From a virus, in IMG/VR virus record IMGVR_UViG_3300029624_000178, positions 3,608 to 67,607 of that record: a DNA stretch of 64,000 nt. One strand, 5' to 3'. Numbering within the stretch: the first letter of the stretch is position 1; the number at the start of each line of letters is the position of its first letter. The notes below the pieces were generated by a model. The model was not told the DNA's origin, made no database searches, and saw only the letters and a list, made by a program, of their open reading frames with translations. Shown one piece after another: positions 19,246 through 27,603 of this stretch. The position numbers and the translations under genes are program-made.

Positions 19246-19411
19246 TGGCCTTCTCCGTGGTCTCAAAGCGTTCGGCGAGACGTCCCGCACGCTCGCCGGA
19301 GCGCCGCAGCGCAAGCAGGAACAGGAGCACCGCGAGCGCGATGGCGCCGTAGCGCAGGGCCGCCCGCGCCCATGGGCTGGCGGCAAGTCCGGTGAGGAGC
19401 GTGGTGATCAT
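19154..19411 (-). CDS. Small membrane protein, i-spanin (Rz)-like
   Basis: N-terminal TM helix then charged helix; coupled to the endolysin stop. Confidence 0.65.
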   Translation of the reverse strand: MITTLLTGLAASPWARAALRYGAIALAVLLFLLALRRSGERAGRLAERFETTEKANEVQRRMLDAAARRPRDRDDLADRLRDGRF

Positions 19412-20082
19412 CGCCGCCCCCGCTTCCAGTCGTCGATGCGGGCATAGATGGCGACAGCGACGCCGGCGAGCGCCACGGCGATGAACACCCAGCGCAGCGT
19501 GTCGAGGTAGGGCACGAGCGGCAGAATGGCGGACTGGGTCTCGGCCAGGACGTTCTGCGCCACCTCGACGCCCGCGGCGCCAAGGGTCGCCACTCCTGCA
19601 GCGCCGCTGCCTTTCATCGTGCGGCTCTCCGCCAGCACCTCCCGCACGGGCGGCGCTTCGGCGGCGAACGCCGTCGCTCGCACCGGGAACCGCTCGCCCC
19701 ACTGCCGCGCCGGCCCGAGATCGATGTGGATGAAGCCGGATCGCGGGTAAAAGCCGAAGCCGAGGAACCCGACCGCCCGCGCCGCCTTCTCGAACGCGAC
19801 CGGATCGTGGTTCGTCATGGCGATGTCGAAGGCCGCGCCATCCATGTGCCTGGAGCGCGGCGCGCCGCCCACGGCCTTGTTATGCGCCGGGCTGCGGTAG
19901 GCGGAGCGGACGATGAGCGGCTTGCCAAGCCGGTCGCGAAGCGCCTGGAGCTTGTCGAGCGCCGCCTCGTTGATCCGCAGGGAGCCGCTGCCCCGGCAGG
20001 CGATCTCGGCGGGAGAGAAGTTCTTCCAGCGCCAAGTATCCTCGGGCACATCGCGCCAATGGTTGAAGTAACTCGTCGTCAT
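19408..20082 (-). CDS. Endolysin, peptidase M15 family, with C-terminal hydrophobic segments
   Basis: SAYRSPAHN, SRHMDGAAFDI, FIHIDLG Zn-peptidase motifs. Confidence 0.88.
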   Translation of the reverse strand: MTTSYFNHWRDVPEDTWRWKNFSPAEIACRGSGSLRINEAALDKLQALRDRLGKPLIVRSAYRSPAHNKAVGGAPRSRHMDGAAFDIAMTNHDPVAFEKAARAVGFLGFGFYPRSGFIHIDLGPARQWGERFPVRATAFAAEAPPVREVLAESRTMKGSGAAGVATLGAAGVEVAQNVLAETQSAILPLVPYLDTLRWVFIAVALAGVAVAIYARIDDWKRGRR

Positions 20083-20098
20083 CGGCGGTCTCCGGACA

Positions 20099-20125
20099 CA
20101 AAAAAAGCCCGCCGAGCGGCGGGCT
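20099..20125 (-). terminator. Rho-independent terminator between holin-like gene and endolysin
   Basis: AGCCCGCC-gctc-GGCGGGCT-TTTTTT on the minus strand. Confidence 0.75.
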
Positions 20126-20152
20126 GGTGGGTTGCAGGTTCGGCAGGGCCAA

Positions 20153-20443
20153 TCAGGGGCCGTTGCCAAACAGCTTCAGCTTGATGGCGATGCCAGCCAT
20201 CAGGGCGAGCAGCACGCCGGTGGTAACGATGCGGACAGCGGTCTGCACCGCCGTGCGCTTGGCGAGCCTGAGACTGCCCAGCAGGGAACGGAGATCACGG
20301 ATGTCGACGGCGGCATCGTCGCCGTCGAGCCCAACATCCTCCAGCGCCTTGCGGGCGCCACGCTCCGCCGCCAGCTCCAGCAATTGCTCGAACTCGGCTT
20401 CGGGCATGACGATGTGGCCGTCGCCGACGGTCGGACGGTTCAT
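20153..20443 (-). CDS. Small membrane protein (DUF6127-like, holin candidate)
   Basis: AAERGARKALEDVGLD..DIRDLRSLL, C-terminal TM; lies upstream of the endolysin. Confidence 0.75.
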   Translation of the reverse strand: MNRPTVGDGHIVMPEAEFEQLLELAAERGARKALEDVGLDGDDAAVDIRDLRSLLGSLRLAKRTAVQTAVRIVTTGVLLALMAGIAIKLKLFGNGP

Positions 20444-20465
20444 GCGATCTTCCTCTCGTCGATGA

Positions 20466-22769
20466 CTACGCGGCCAGATCGGCCTCATGGACGCGGGCGT
20501 CCTCGCCCACGGCGGTGATCTCGACCTGTTCCCCGCGCGGGCGGATCGCGATGACCCGAGCGCGCAGGCTCCAGGCCTCGCCCACACCAAAGGCGAAGTG
20601 CGTCCGCTCTTCCGACGCGCCGGTGTAGGGCGTGAAGTCGAGATCCTCGGCAAGGACGACATGCCGATCGTCGGCGCCCGGACCGACCGGCCAGGGCCCG
20701 CTCACCGTCCCGTCGCGCCGGCGCAGCGCGATGTAGTGCGTTTCGTCGTCGGTCCATTCCAGCGGCTCGGAGAGTTCGAGCGTGCGGGACTCGGATTCCC
20801 AGGCGACGACCTCGCCGCCCTGGCCCCAGCGGGGCATGTCGTGGGCGACGGCGATGAGATCGCCATAGGTCGGGATCAGGCCTTCAAGCTCAGTGCGAAA
20901 GCTCACCATGCGGCGGCGATACCGGTTGGCCGCCGCCATGTAGAGACCTTCCCGGAGCGCCTGCGCCTCGTCAGTGCAGCCAAACAGCTCCACCTTGGCA
21001 GGCTGATCGGCGGCGCTGTCGGGGAGAGTCGCGGTCACCTCGTCGGGCGCCCAAATGCGCGCCGAGAAATACTCGACGGTCACCGCGTCCGCGGTGTCCT
21101 CGCCCGGCATCAGGTACTGGACCTTGAGGCTGCCCTTGACGATGTTGCGAGGCTCGAAAAGCGCCACGGGCAAGGTCCGCGCCTCGTCGCGCACCAGCCG
21201 CAGGATGCCGCCCTGCAGGAACGGCACGGCCCGCCCGACGCGGGCGATGCGCGTGAGCGCTTCCCAGACGGTGACGCCTTGATCGAAGACGGCGTCGAAG
21301 CGGTCGTCCCGGCCCTGCCACAACCCATCCAGCCCATGCAGCGCCGTCAGGTCAATGCGCACATCGGGAAGATCGGCGCCATAGTGGGCGCGCGCCGCAT
21401 CGGCGAAGGCCCAGGCGATCGACCGCGTCGGCTGCGGCGAGGACCATCCCGTCACGGGGTCCCACACCGGGAGCCGCCGGGTCAGGATACAGTTCACCAG
21501 GCGCGACGAGCGCTGGGATAGGTTGTCGGTCGCGCGCATACGCACCGCGAGCAGGGTGACGTCCCCGAACACGGGCTCACCTGCGAGAAACGCCTTCAGC
21601 CCCTGCCAGCGGACCTCGTGCCCCGCGCGAGCGTCGGTGTCCTTGGCGTCGGTCCGCCTGAGACGAACCTCGTAGCGTCCGCTCGCAACCGGATAACGGT
21701 CGCTTCGCCGCTGGGCGGTGTTGGTGGCGTCGGTGACGCTCTCCGACCCCAGCTGCACCCAGCCGCCGAGGCCGACGCCGTCGTCGTCGATCGCGCGCGC
21801 CTCCACCTCCCAGGCGATGGTGCGCGGATCGAGTCCGCCCGAGGTGTTGGCGTAGTAGAGGCCGCGCGGCATCACCAGGTCGATGCCGATTTCCTCGGCG
21901 GCAGTGCCGGCGGGATTGGCGGCGAAGGGGCCGATCCAGCCGTCGTCGCCTGCCTCCAGCTCGTTGGTGCCCTTGAGCTCCTGACCCGCGACTTCCGCTG
22001 CGGTGGTCACATCCGCTTCGAACAGCGTGACCGGAGCGCCGGGGACTACGATCTCGTAGGTCACCTCCTCGAAGGAGCTGATGGGCGTATCTTCGATGCG
22101 AACCTGTTCTAGGTCGTACTCGCCCTGGCCGATGCAGTGCAGCTGATGCAGGTACTGCTCGTTGTCGGCATACTCGGTCCAGGGTGTCGCGGCGAGGTCG
22201 GGATAGACCAGGTGACGCCCGTAGATGACGGGGATCGGCTGGCCGAGGCGGGCCTGGTTGCCCTGGGACTGCAGGGCATAGGTCGGGCTTGGCGCCGGTG
22301 AGCTGCCGAAGGAGCCGCCGAAGCTCGGCGCAGGCGGTTTGGGCGGCGGGACCAGCACGTTCACCAGCGTGGCGCCGGCGAGCCCGACGGCGGCGGTGAT
22401 CAGGGACGTGCCGATGGTGGACGTGATGCCGATCGCACCGGCGATGGCGCCGCCGATCGCGGGTGCCGCCACCATGACGGCGATCATGAGCACGGTGCGC
22501 AGCGGGTTCTTGCCGCCGCCACCTCCGCCTCCGCCGCCCTGGGGCAAGGAGACGAAGATCACCACGTCGGACGCGCCGATCTCCAGAACCGGCCAGTCCG
22601 CGCGCAGCACGGGCTCGCCATTGCGCAGACAGATCGTCGGACGCTCGAACTCCTCGATCCCGTGCGCATCGAGCCAGGCGCGGATGGTCATACCAACCGC
22701 GACGGGCAGCACCTGGCGGCCCCGCTCCGGACAGAACGGGTTGCGCAGCATGACGACGACGGCGGTCAC
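20466..22769 (-). CDS. Tail tip / host-specificity protein (lambda gpI/gpJ-like)
   Basis: GTG start overlapping the NlpC stop; N-terminal ubiquitin-like part with poly-Gly, NQARLGQPIPVIYG, LAVRMRATDNLS, TRSIAWA. Confidence 0.88.
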   Translation of the reverse strand: MTAVVVMLRNPFCPERGRQVLPVAVGMTIRAWLDAHGIEEFERPTICLRNGEPVLRADWPVLEIGASDVVIFVSLPQGGGGGGGGGKNPLRTVLMIAVMVAAPAIGGAIAGAIGITSTIGTSLITAAVGLAGATLVNVLVPPPKPPAPSFGGSFGSSPAPSPTYALQSQGNQARLGQPIPVIYGRHLVYPDLAATPWTEYADNEQYLHQLHCIGQGEYDLEQVRIEDTPISSFEEVTYEIVVPGAPVTLFEADVTTAAEVAGQELKGTNELEAGDDGWIGPFAANPAGTAAEEIGIDLVMPRGLYYANTSGGLDPRTIAWEVEARAIDDDGVGLGGWVQLGSESVTDATNTAQRRSDRYPVASGRYEVRLRRTDAKDTDARAGHEVRWQGLKAFLAGEPVFGDVTLLAVRMRATDNLSQRSSRLVNCILTRRLPVWDPVTGWSSPQPTRSIAWAFADAARAHYGADLPDVRIDLTALHGLDGLWQGRDDRFDAVFDQGVTVWEALTRIARVGRAVPFLQGGILRLVRDEARTLPVALFEPRNIVKGSLKVQYLMPGEDTADAVTVEYFSARIWAPDEVTATLPDSAADQPAKVELFGCTDEAQALREGLYMAAANRYRRRMVSFRTELEGLIPTYGDLIAVAHDMPRWGQGGEVVAWESESRTLELSEPLEWTDDETHYIALRRRDGTVSGPWPVGPGADDRHVVLAEDLDFTPYTGASEERTHFAFGVGEAWSLRARVIAIRPRGEQVEITAVGEDARVHEADLAA

Positions 22770-23173
22770 GGACGGTCTCCGGTAAATTGATAGGAGCCTT
22801 CGATCCGCCAGCCCTGGAGGTCGAGGTCGCGGGTATTCTGGAACGCGACACCGATCCCTCGGGCCGCATGCAGGACGCCGCCGCCATCGACATCGAGCCA
22901 CAGGCCCACATGGACGGGGTGCCGGGACTGGCGCATCAGGACGGCGTCGCCCTCGCGAGGCTCGGCCACGAGGCGCCAGCGCCGACGCTCCGGATGATCC
23001 CGGAAGGCATCGAGCACCCGGCGCAGGTCGGCCGCATCGACCGGGATCTCGGGCACCTCGATGCCGAAGCGTTCGCGCCAGCAGAACCGGACCAGGCCCC
23101 AGCAATCGAACGCATCGGGCCCGCGCCCGCCCGCCTGCCACGGCCGGCCGATCAGCTCTTCCGCCCAGTGCAT
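22766..23173 (-). CDS. NlpC/P60 tail-associated peptidase
   Basis: GPDAFDCWGLV..HVG..VLH catalytic pattern. Confidence 0.9.
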   Translation of the reverse strand: MHWAEELIGRPWQAGGRGPDAFDCWGLVRFCWRERFGIEVPEIPVDAADLRRVLDAFRDHPERRRWRLVAEPREGDAVLMRQSRHPVHVGLWLDVDGGGVLHAARGIGVAFQNTRDLDLQGWRIEGSYQFTGDRP

Positions 23174-23177
23174 GGGA

Positions 23178-23720
23178 TTATCGCGTCAGTCCGGGGAACC
23201 GCTTGGCGGTATAGGTCTCCGCCGGGAAGGCTTTGTTGCCGATGTCGAGCATGCGGGCCCGCCCGGTTACCCGGAACACGTCCGCCTCGACCTCGGTCAG
23301 GATGAGGGTGATCGGCGGGTCCATCTGCGGCCCCTCCAGGTCGGTCGAGAGGTAAGGCCGAAAGGTCACCTCGATCTTCTCCTGGCTGGTCGCGGCCGCA
23401 TCGAGGTGGCGGACGATCTCCCGGCTGACATTGTCGAGGGTGACGGCGATCTCCGGCACGGGCGCCGTGTCCACTGGCGGCAGTTCGAGCTCGAAGCCCA
23501 TGGCAACGAAGCGAACCCAGCCGCCGGCGTCGACCGGCGCGTCCGCTTCGAGACGCGCCCAGAGGTCGACGTGGTCGCGCACGACGCGGATCGCGGTCGG
23601 CTGGCCGTCATCGTCCAGGAAGGACGGATGGCGCAGTTCGAGCGTGTGCAGGATGACGGTGTCGGAGGGCGCGGATGCGTAGGCCTCCCGGATCGCCCGC
23701 TCAAGCGCCGGATCCGGCAT
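23178..23720 (-). CDS. DUF1833-family minor tail protein
   Basis: AIREAYASAP..LHTLELRHP..LDNV..RPYLSTDL..FPGL; position in the tail-tip cluster. Confidence 0.85.
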   Translation of the reverse strand: MPDPALERAIREAYASAPSDTVILHTLELRHPSFLDDDGQPTAIRVVRDHVDLWARLEADAPVDAGGWVRFVAMGFELELPPVDTAPVPEIAVTLDNVSREIVRHLDAAATSQEKIEVTFRPYLSTDLEGPQMDPPITLILTEVEADVFRVTGRARMLDIGNKAFPAETYTAKRFPGLTR

Positions 23721-24138
23721 CGTCGTCCTCCAGCAGGTCGGGCTTCGGGTGGGCGCGTTTGACGGCGAGCCACTTGCCGAGAAGCTCGTCCATCTCCTTC
23801 GGCAGGCCGGTGCCGTTCAGGCGCAGCTGGTTGAAGGCTTTGAGGATGGTGTCGAGCTGCTCGCCGATCGGCGGGTACTCGGCCTCGCGCGCCTCCCGGT
23901 AGCGCCGGTAGGGTTGGCCGAAGGTCCGGATGAGTTGCGCCACCTCGGGCTCCGCCTTCGGATCGTGGACGTGCAAGTCGATGCGCGCATCCTGACCGTC
24001 GGGGATCGGGTGATAGAGCACCGCGTAGTGGCGGCCGTCGACGAGGCAGAGGTGCTCCCAGGTGTTGGGCTCCTCGGGCACGTCCGGCGGTTGGAAGAAG
24101 CCGCCGGCCTCTTCCGTATAGGAGATGAACAATCGCAT
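23701..24138 (-). CDS. Tail fibre assembly-like protein
   Basis: R..EYPPIGEQLD..VKRAHPKP motif; follows the receptor-binding candidate. Confidence 0.65.
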   Translation of the reverse strand: MRLFISYTEEAGGFFQPPDVPEEPNTWEHLCLVDGRHYAVLYHPIPDGQDARIDLHVHDPKAEPEVAQLIRTFGQPYRRYREAREAEYPPIGEQLDTILKAFNQLRLNGTGLPKEMDELLGKWLAVKRAHPKPDLLEDDDAGSGA

Positions 24139-24141
24139 GGG

Positions 24142-25932
24142 TCAGGTCCCGAGCTTGGCGTTGATCTCGATCGGCCAATACGGGTTCCGCTGCGAGTACC
24201 CGGCGTTGTAGTAGACGTTGTAGGTGACGTACCAGGTGCCCGCGCCCCAGCAGGTGCCGTCCTCGCCGAGCCAGAGATTGGCGCCGTTGTCCGAGCCGAT
24301 GGAGTGTGCATCGACGTCAATCACTTTTGCGGCCAGGCCCGGGGCGTTCCACCAGTAGGAGTTCGCCGCGAACAGGGCGCCGCCGCGCTGGCCGTTGTTG
24401 TTGCGCCCACCGCAGAGCGTGGTGCCGTCATCGAAGAGCGCGATCAGATGCGTGGTCGAGCCGCGGCCAGCCAGGTCGATCTTGAGAAGTTCCCCCGGCG
24501 TCACCCCGGTGCCCAGGCTAAGGTCGATCTCGTAGATGCCAGCATAAGTCCCGCTCGACCGGTTTTCTGAGAGCTGGCCATAGCCTGAGTAGCCACCGCC
24601 GAAGAGGCGGTTGTCCTCCGTCTTCACGTAGCTGTTGCCGCCACCCCAGACATCGACCGCCTTGCCGTAAATCTCCCCCGCCCCGAAACCCTGAATGGAC
24701 TGGGCCGCGTTGGTGCCGGCGGTCGATCCCGTCATCGCCTGGCCGTAGCCGGAATAGCCGGCAAAGGCGACCGTGCCGTCGGCGAACAGGAACAGCGCCT
24801 GGCCGTTGTCGCCGCCGCCCCAGGCGGCGATCTTGATGCAGACCTTGTCGGCGAAGAGCTGGTTGCCGCTGGTCCCGTGCTGGACCGGCCGGAAGTAAGT
24901 CTGGTTGTTCCCGTAAGTGTCGCCCATGGGATAGTTGTTGTTCCGTCCAGCCGCCCAGACCTTGCCGGCGGTGTCGATGTACCAGACCGTGCCGTACTGA
25001 TCGCAGGCTGCGGTCACGTAGACCGCATCGGTGACCGGGACGATGCCGCTTTCGCCGCGCGACGGCAGGCCCTCGCGGTAGCACTGGTGCGGCGAGTAGG
25101 TCTCTGCCGAATTGGTCGTGGCGTTGTTCGTGGCCGTCTGGCCGTAGCCGTTGTAGCCCCAGCCCCAGAGACGGCCGTCATCGGTCAACGCGTAATAGGT
25201 GATGGCTGTGCTGTCCTGACCGTTCACCGTGCCCGCGATCTGCACGATCTTGCGGCTGTCCTTGTAGAGGCGCTGGTCCTCCTGGATGCCCTCGTAGGAC
25301 TGCCAGCCGACCATGCGCCAGCCCGCGCGGTTCGAGGCGCCGCCGTCGCCGCACTGGCCGTGGCCGCTGTAACCGCAGGCAAACACGACGCCGCACTTGA
25401 GCAGCACCACCTTGGTGTAACCGGGAATGGCGCCGACGATATGGAAGGCGTCGCGCTCCTTCCAGTGATGACGGGTGTCGTAGCCGCCGTAGTTGGCCGG
25501 CCAGGCGTCGGGGTCCATGCGCCCCTCGGCGATCGCCCGAATCCAGTTCGACTGCACCCCGAGCCACTGGATCGGATCGGACAGGATATAGCCGTGCTGG
25601 ACGTAGCCGCCGCCGTTGCCATCGCCGAGATCGGAGTACTGGTTCGAGCCAGACATCGCGACCTTGGTGTGATCGACGATCAGGAGGCCCTGGCTGTTCT
25701 CCTGCGTGATCGAGGGGCCCGTCACCACCTCGTGGCTGAACGGCTTGGGCGTGCGGGTGTTGTGGCGGAACACATGCGGGTTGAGCGTTCGCTGGCCCTT
25801 GCTGTTGGCAATGGGACCGGGGAACAGCGTCACGCGATGGTGCCCACCGCCGCGACGCCCGATGGTGATCGACCCGCCAGCGGCCTTGCGTTCGGCGCGT
25901 GGCAGGTCCGCCGTGATCGTGGAATTGCTCAT
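24142..25932 (-). CDS. RCC1/BLIP-II-repeat beta-propeller protein, candidate receptor-binding protein (596 aa)
   Basis: Repeated G.(V/L)(F/W)..G(Y/R)(S/N)..GQ units (GVVFACGYSGHGQCG, GRLWGWGYNGYGQ, GKVWAAGRNNNY, GTVAFAGYSGYGQ, RLFGGGYSGYGQ, GTTLCGGRNNNGQ). Confidence 0.85.
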   Translation of the reverse strand: MSNSTITADLPRAERKAAGGSITIGRRGGGHHRVTLFPGPIANSKGQRTLNPHVFRHNTRTPKPFSHEVVTGPSITQENSQGLLIVDHTKVAMSGSNQYSDLGDGNGGGYVQHGYILSDPIQWLGVQSNWIRAIAEGRMDPDAWPANYGGYDTRHHWKERDAFHIVGAIPGYTKVVLLKCGVVFACGYSGHGQCGDGGASNRAGWRMVGWQSYEGIQEDQRLYKDSRKIVQIAGTVNGQDSTAITYYALTDDGRLWGWGYNGYGQTATNNATTNSAETYSPHQCYREGLPSRGESGIVPVTDAVYVTAACDQYGTVWYIDTAGKVWAAGRNNNYPMGDTYGNNQTYFRPVQHGTSGNQLFADKVCIKIAAWGGGDNGQALFLFADGTVAFAGYSGYGQAMTGSTAGTNAAQSIQGFGAGEIYGKAVDVWGGGNSYVKTEDNRLFGGGYSGYGQLSENRSSGTYAGIYEIDLSLGTGVTPGELLKIDLAGRGSTTHLIALFDDGTTLCGGRNNNGQRGGALFAANSYWWNAPGLAAKVIDVDAHSIGSDNGANLWLGEDGTCWGAGTWYVTYNVYYNAGYSQRNPYWPIEINAKLGT

Positions 25933-26606
25933 CAGTAGTCGCCGCCGAAGAAGCCGATATGGACGTTGCCGGTTGTGACCGCATTGGCGTTGGCCGGGAT
26001 CCGCGCCGCGAGCGGGTCTTTCAGCAGCAGCCAGCGGTCGCCCGTGAGGTCCAGCCACGGCATCTGCTCGAGGTCGAGCCCGGCGACCGAAGGGGAGCCG
26101 TCGAACCCGGCGCGGGCCGGAACCTCCATCGACCAGAGGGGACGCCAGCGGTAGGCATCGATGGTGACGCCGAGCTGCTGCGTGATGGCGTTGCCGGGCG
26201 TGTTCTCCAGATTAAGCACGTCGAAAATGCCGGATCCGGGCGTCTGCTCCCCGATCCCGGTCATGCGGTAATCGCCCCGATTGACCGTGGCGACGTTCCA
26301 GAGCGTCAGCACTTGCAGGTTCTCAGTGATCGCCCAGGACTGATCGTCGGTCCGGGTCACGGTGAAAGGGTCCGTGGCCGGCGTGGCGCCGGGGACGATG
26401 TTCACCTCGACGCCGGAGAACACGATGTCGAAGGTGCCGAACTCCACGGGAGCCGCGGCATCGCCGTCGTTGCCGAGCACGATCGCATGCAGCCGCGTGC
26501 CATTGGCGCCGGGCGTGAAGACGGTCTGGGCCGCGTTGCCCAAATCGGCGCGCAGAACCGCGCCATCCTGGCGGTAGGCCGCCACGAAGATCGGCTGATT
26601 GGCCAT
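25932..26606 (-). CDS. Hypothetical tail-associated protein
   Basis: Beta-rich 224-aa ORF ending GGDY, coupled to the RCC1 gene. Confidence 0.7.
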   Translation of the reverse strand: MANQPIFVAAYRQDGAVLRADLGNAAQTVFTPGANGTRLHAIVLGNDGDAAAPVEFGTFDIVFSGVEVNIVPGATPATDPFTVTRTDDQSWAITENLQVLTLWNVATVNRGDYRMTGIGEQTPGSGIFDVLNLENTPGNAITQQLGVTIDAYRWRPLWSMEVPARAGFDGSPSVAGLDLEQMPWLDLTGDRWLLLKDPLAARIPANANAVTTGNVHIGFFGGDY

Positions 26607-26623
26607 CTTGGTCCTCGTTCAGG

Positions 26624-27082
26624 TCAGATGAAGCTGCGCGCCAGCGCCACCAGGGCGCCGGCATGGATCTGCGGGGCCAGGTCCAGCGACAGCCGTTCGT
26701 CGCCGCCAGGATCGACGACGGCAGCGCCCAGCCCGAGCCCCGCTTCGAGCTTCGCGTCCAGCCGGCCCGGTGCGCTGTCGGTAGCGCTCACGGCGACGGT
26801 CCCGACGGCGCCCAGCGCGGCATCGCGGGCATCCAGCGCCTCGTCGCGGGCGAGCTCGGCCGCCGTCCGCGCGGTCTCGGTCGCGTCGACCGCCTGGGTG
26901 ATGTCGGTCATGTGCGCGTCGACGCTCGCCTCCACGTCGACGATGACCTTGGCGACGCTCTTGACCGGACCGTTCTCGGTGGTGACCGTCGTCTGCGCGT
27001 CGCCATGCACGATCTCGTGCAAGAGCAGGCTGTCGGCGTGCGCGCGGTCGGCTGCCGCGCGCAGATCGGCTTCGATGGTCAT
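26624..27082 (-). CDS. Tail fibre N-terminal adaptor-like protein
   Basis: LHEIVHGD..TVTTENGPVKSVAKVI motif followed by an Ala-rich coiled coil. Confidence 0.7.
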   Translation of the reverse strand: MTIEADLRAAADRAHADSLLLHEIVHGDAQTTVTTENGPVKSVAKVIVDVEASVDAHMTDITQAVDATETARTAAELARDEALDARDAALGAVGTVAVSATDSAPGRLDAKLEAGLGLGAAVVDPGGDERLSLDLAPQIHAGALVALARSFI

Positions 27083-27094
27083 GGACGTCTCCGG

Positions 27095-27574
27095 TTACCA
27101 GGCGTGCGCGCCGGGCAGAGTCGTGTGGATCAGCGTGTGCAGGGCATCGACGCCGCCGAGGAGCCCCTGCAGGTCCTCTTCCAGCAGGATCGCCATGGCG
27201 CCTTCGCTGAGCGTCGGGCGCTCTCGGATCTCCAGCTCGCTGCGAACCTCCCACAGGATGCCCGCAACGATCCGGGCCTCGAACTGGCGGGTGAAGCGCG
27301 CCTCCTGCGGCAACAGGCCCAGACCGCCCTTGAGGTCGATCTCGAACCACTCGCCGCCTTCCTTCGCGGTCCAGCGGTACCAGGCCTCGAACAGGGCGAA
27401 CTGCTCACGCCGGAGAACCCAGCGCACGGTGATGCGGCTCGGCACCTGCGTGTAGCGCCGGCGTTGCCGCGCCGGCCCCGCCTCCATCTCCGTTCGCAGG
27501 ATGGCCTCGCCCGGCCGGATGCCATATCCGTCGATGGTCGGCAGGGGCAGTCGTTCCGGCCAACGGTTCGTCAT
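27095..27574 (-). CDS. Distal/minor tail protein
   Basis: WP..LP.P..LRTEMEAGPARQRRRYT..FEAWY; directly after the tape measure gene. Confidence 0.8.
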   Translation of the reverse strand: MTNRWPERLPLPTIDGYGIRPGEAILRTEMEAGPARQRRRYTQVPSRITVRWVLRREQFALFEAWYRWTAKEGGEWFEIDLKGGLGLLPQEARFTRQFEARIVAGILWEVRSELEIRERPTLSEGAMAILLEEDLQGLLGGVDALHTLIHTTLPGAHAW

Positions 27575-27603
27575 TCACCATTCGGGCCCGAAGCCCGCCC
27601 TTG

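Noticed and set aside
24142-24400. Asn/Tyr-rich C-terminus of the RCC1 protein as a DGR variable repeat
   Set aside because: No reverse transcriptase and no template repeat found in the window.
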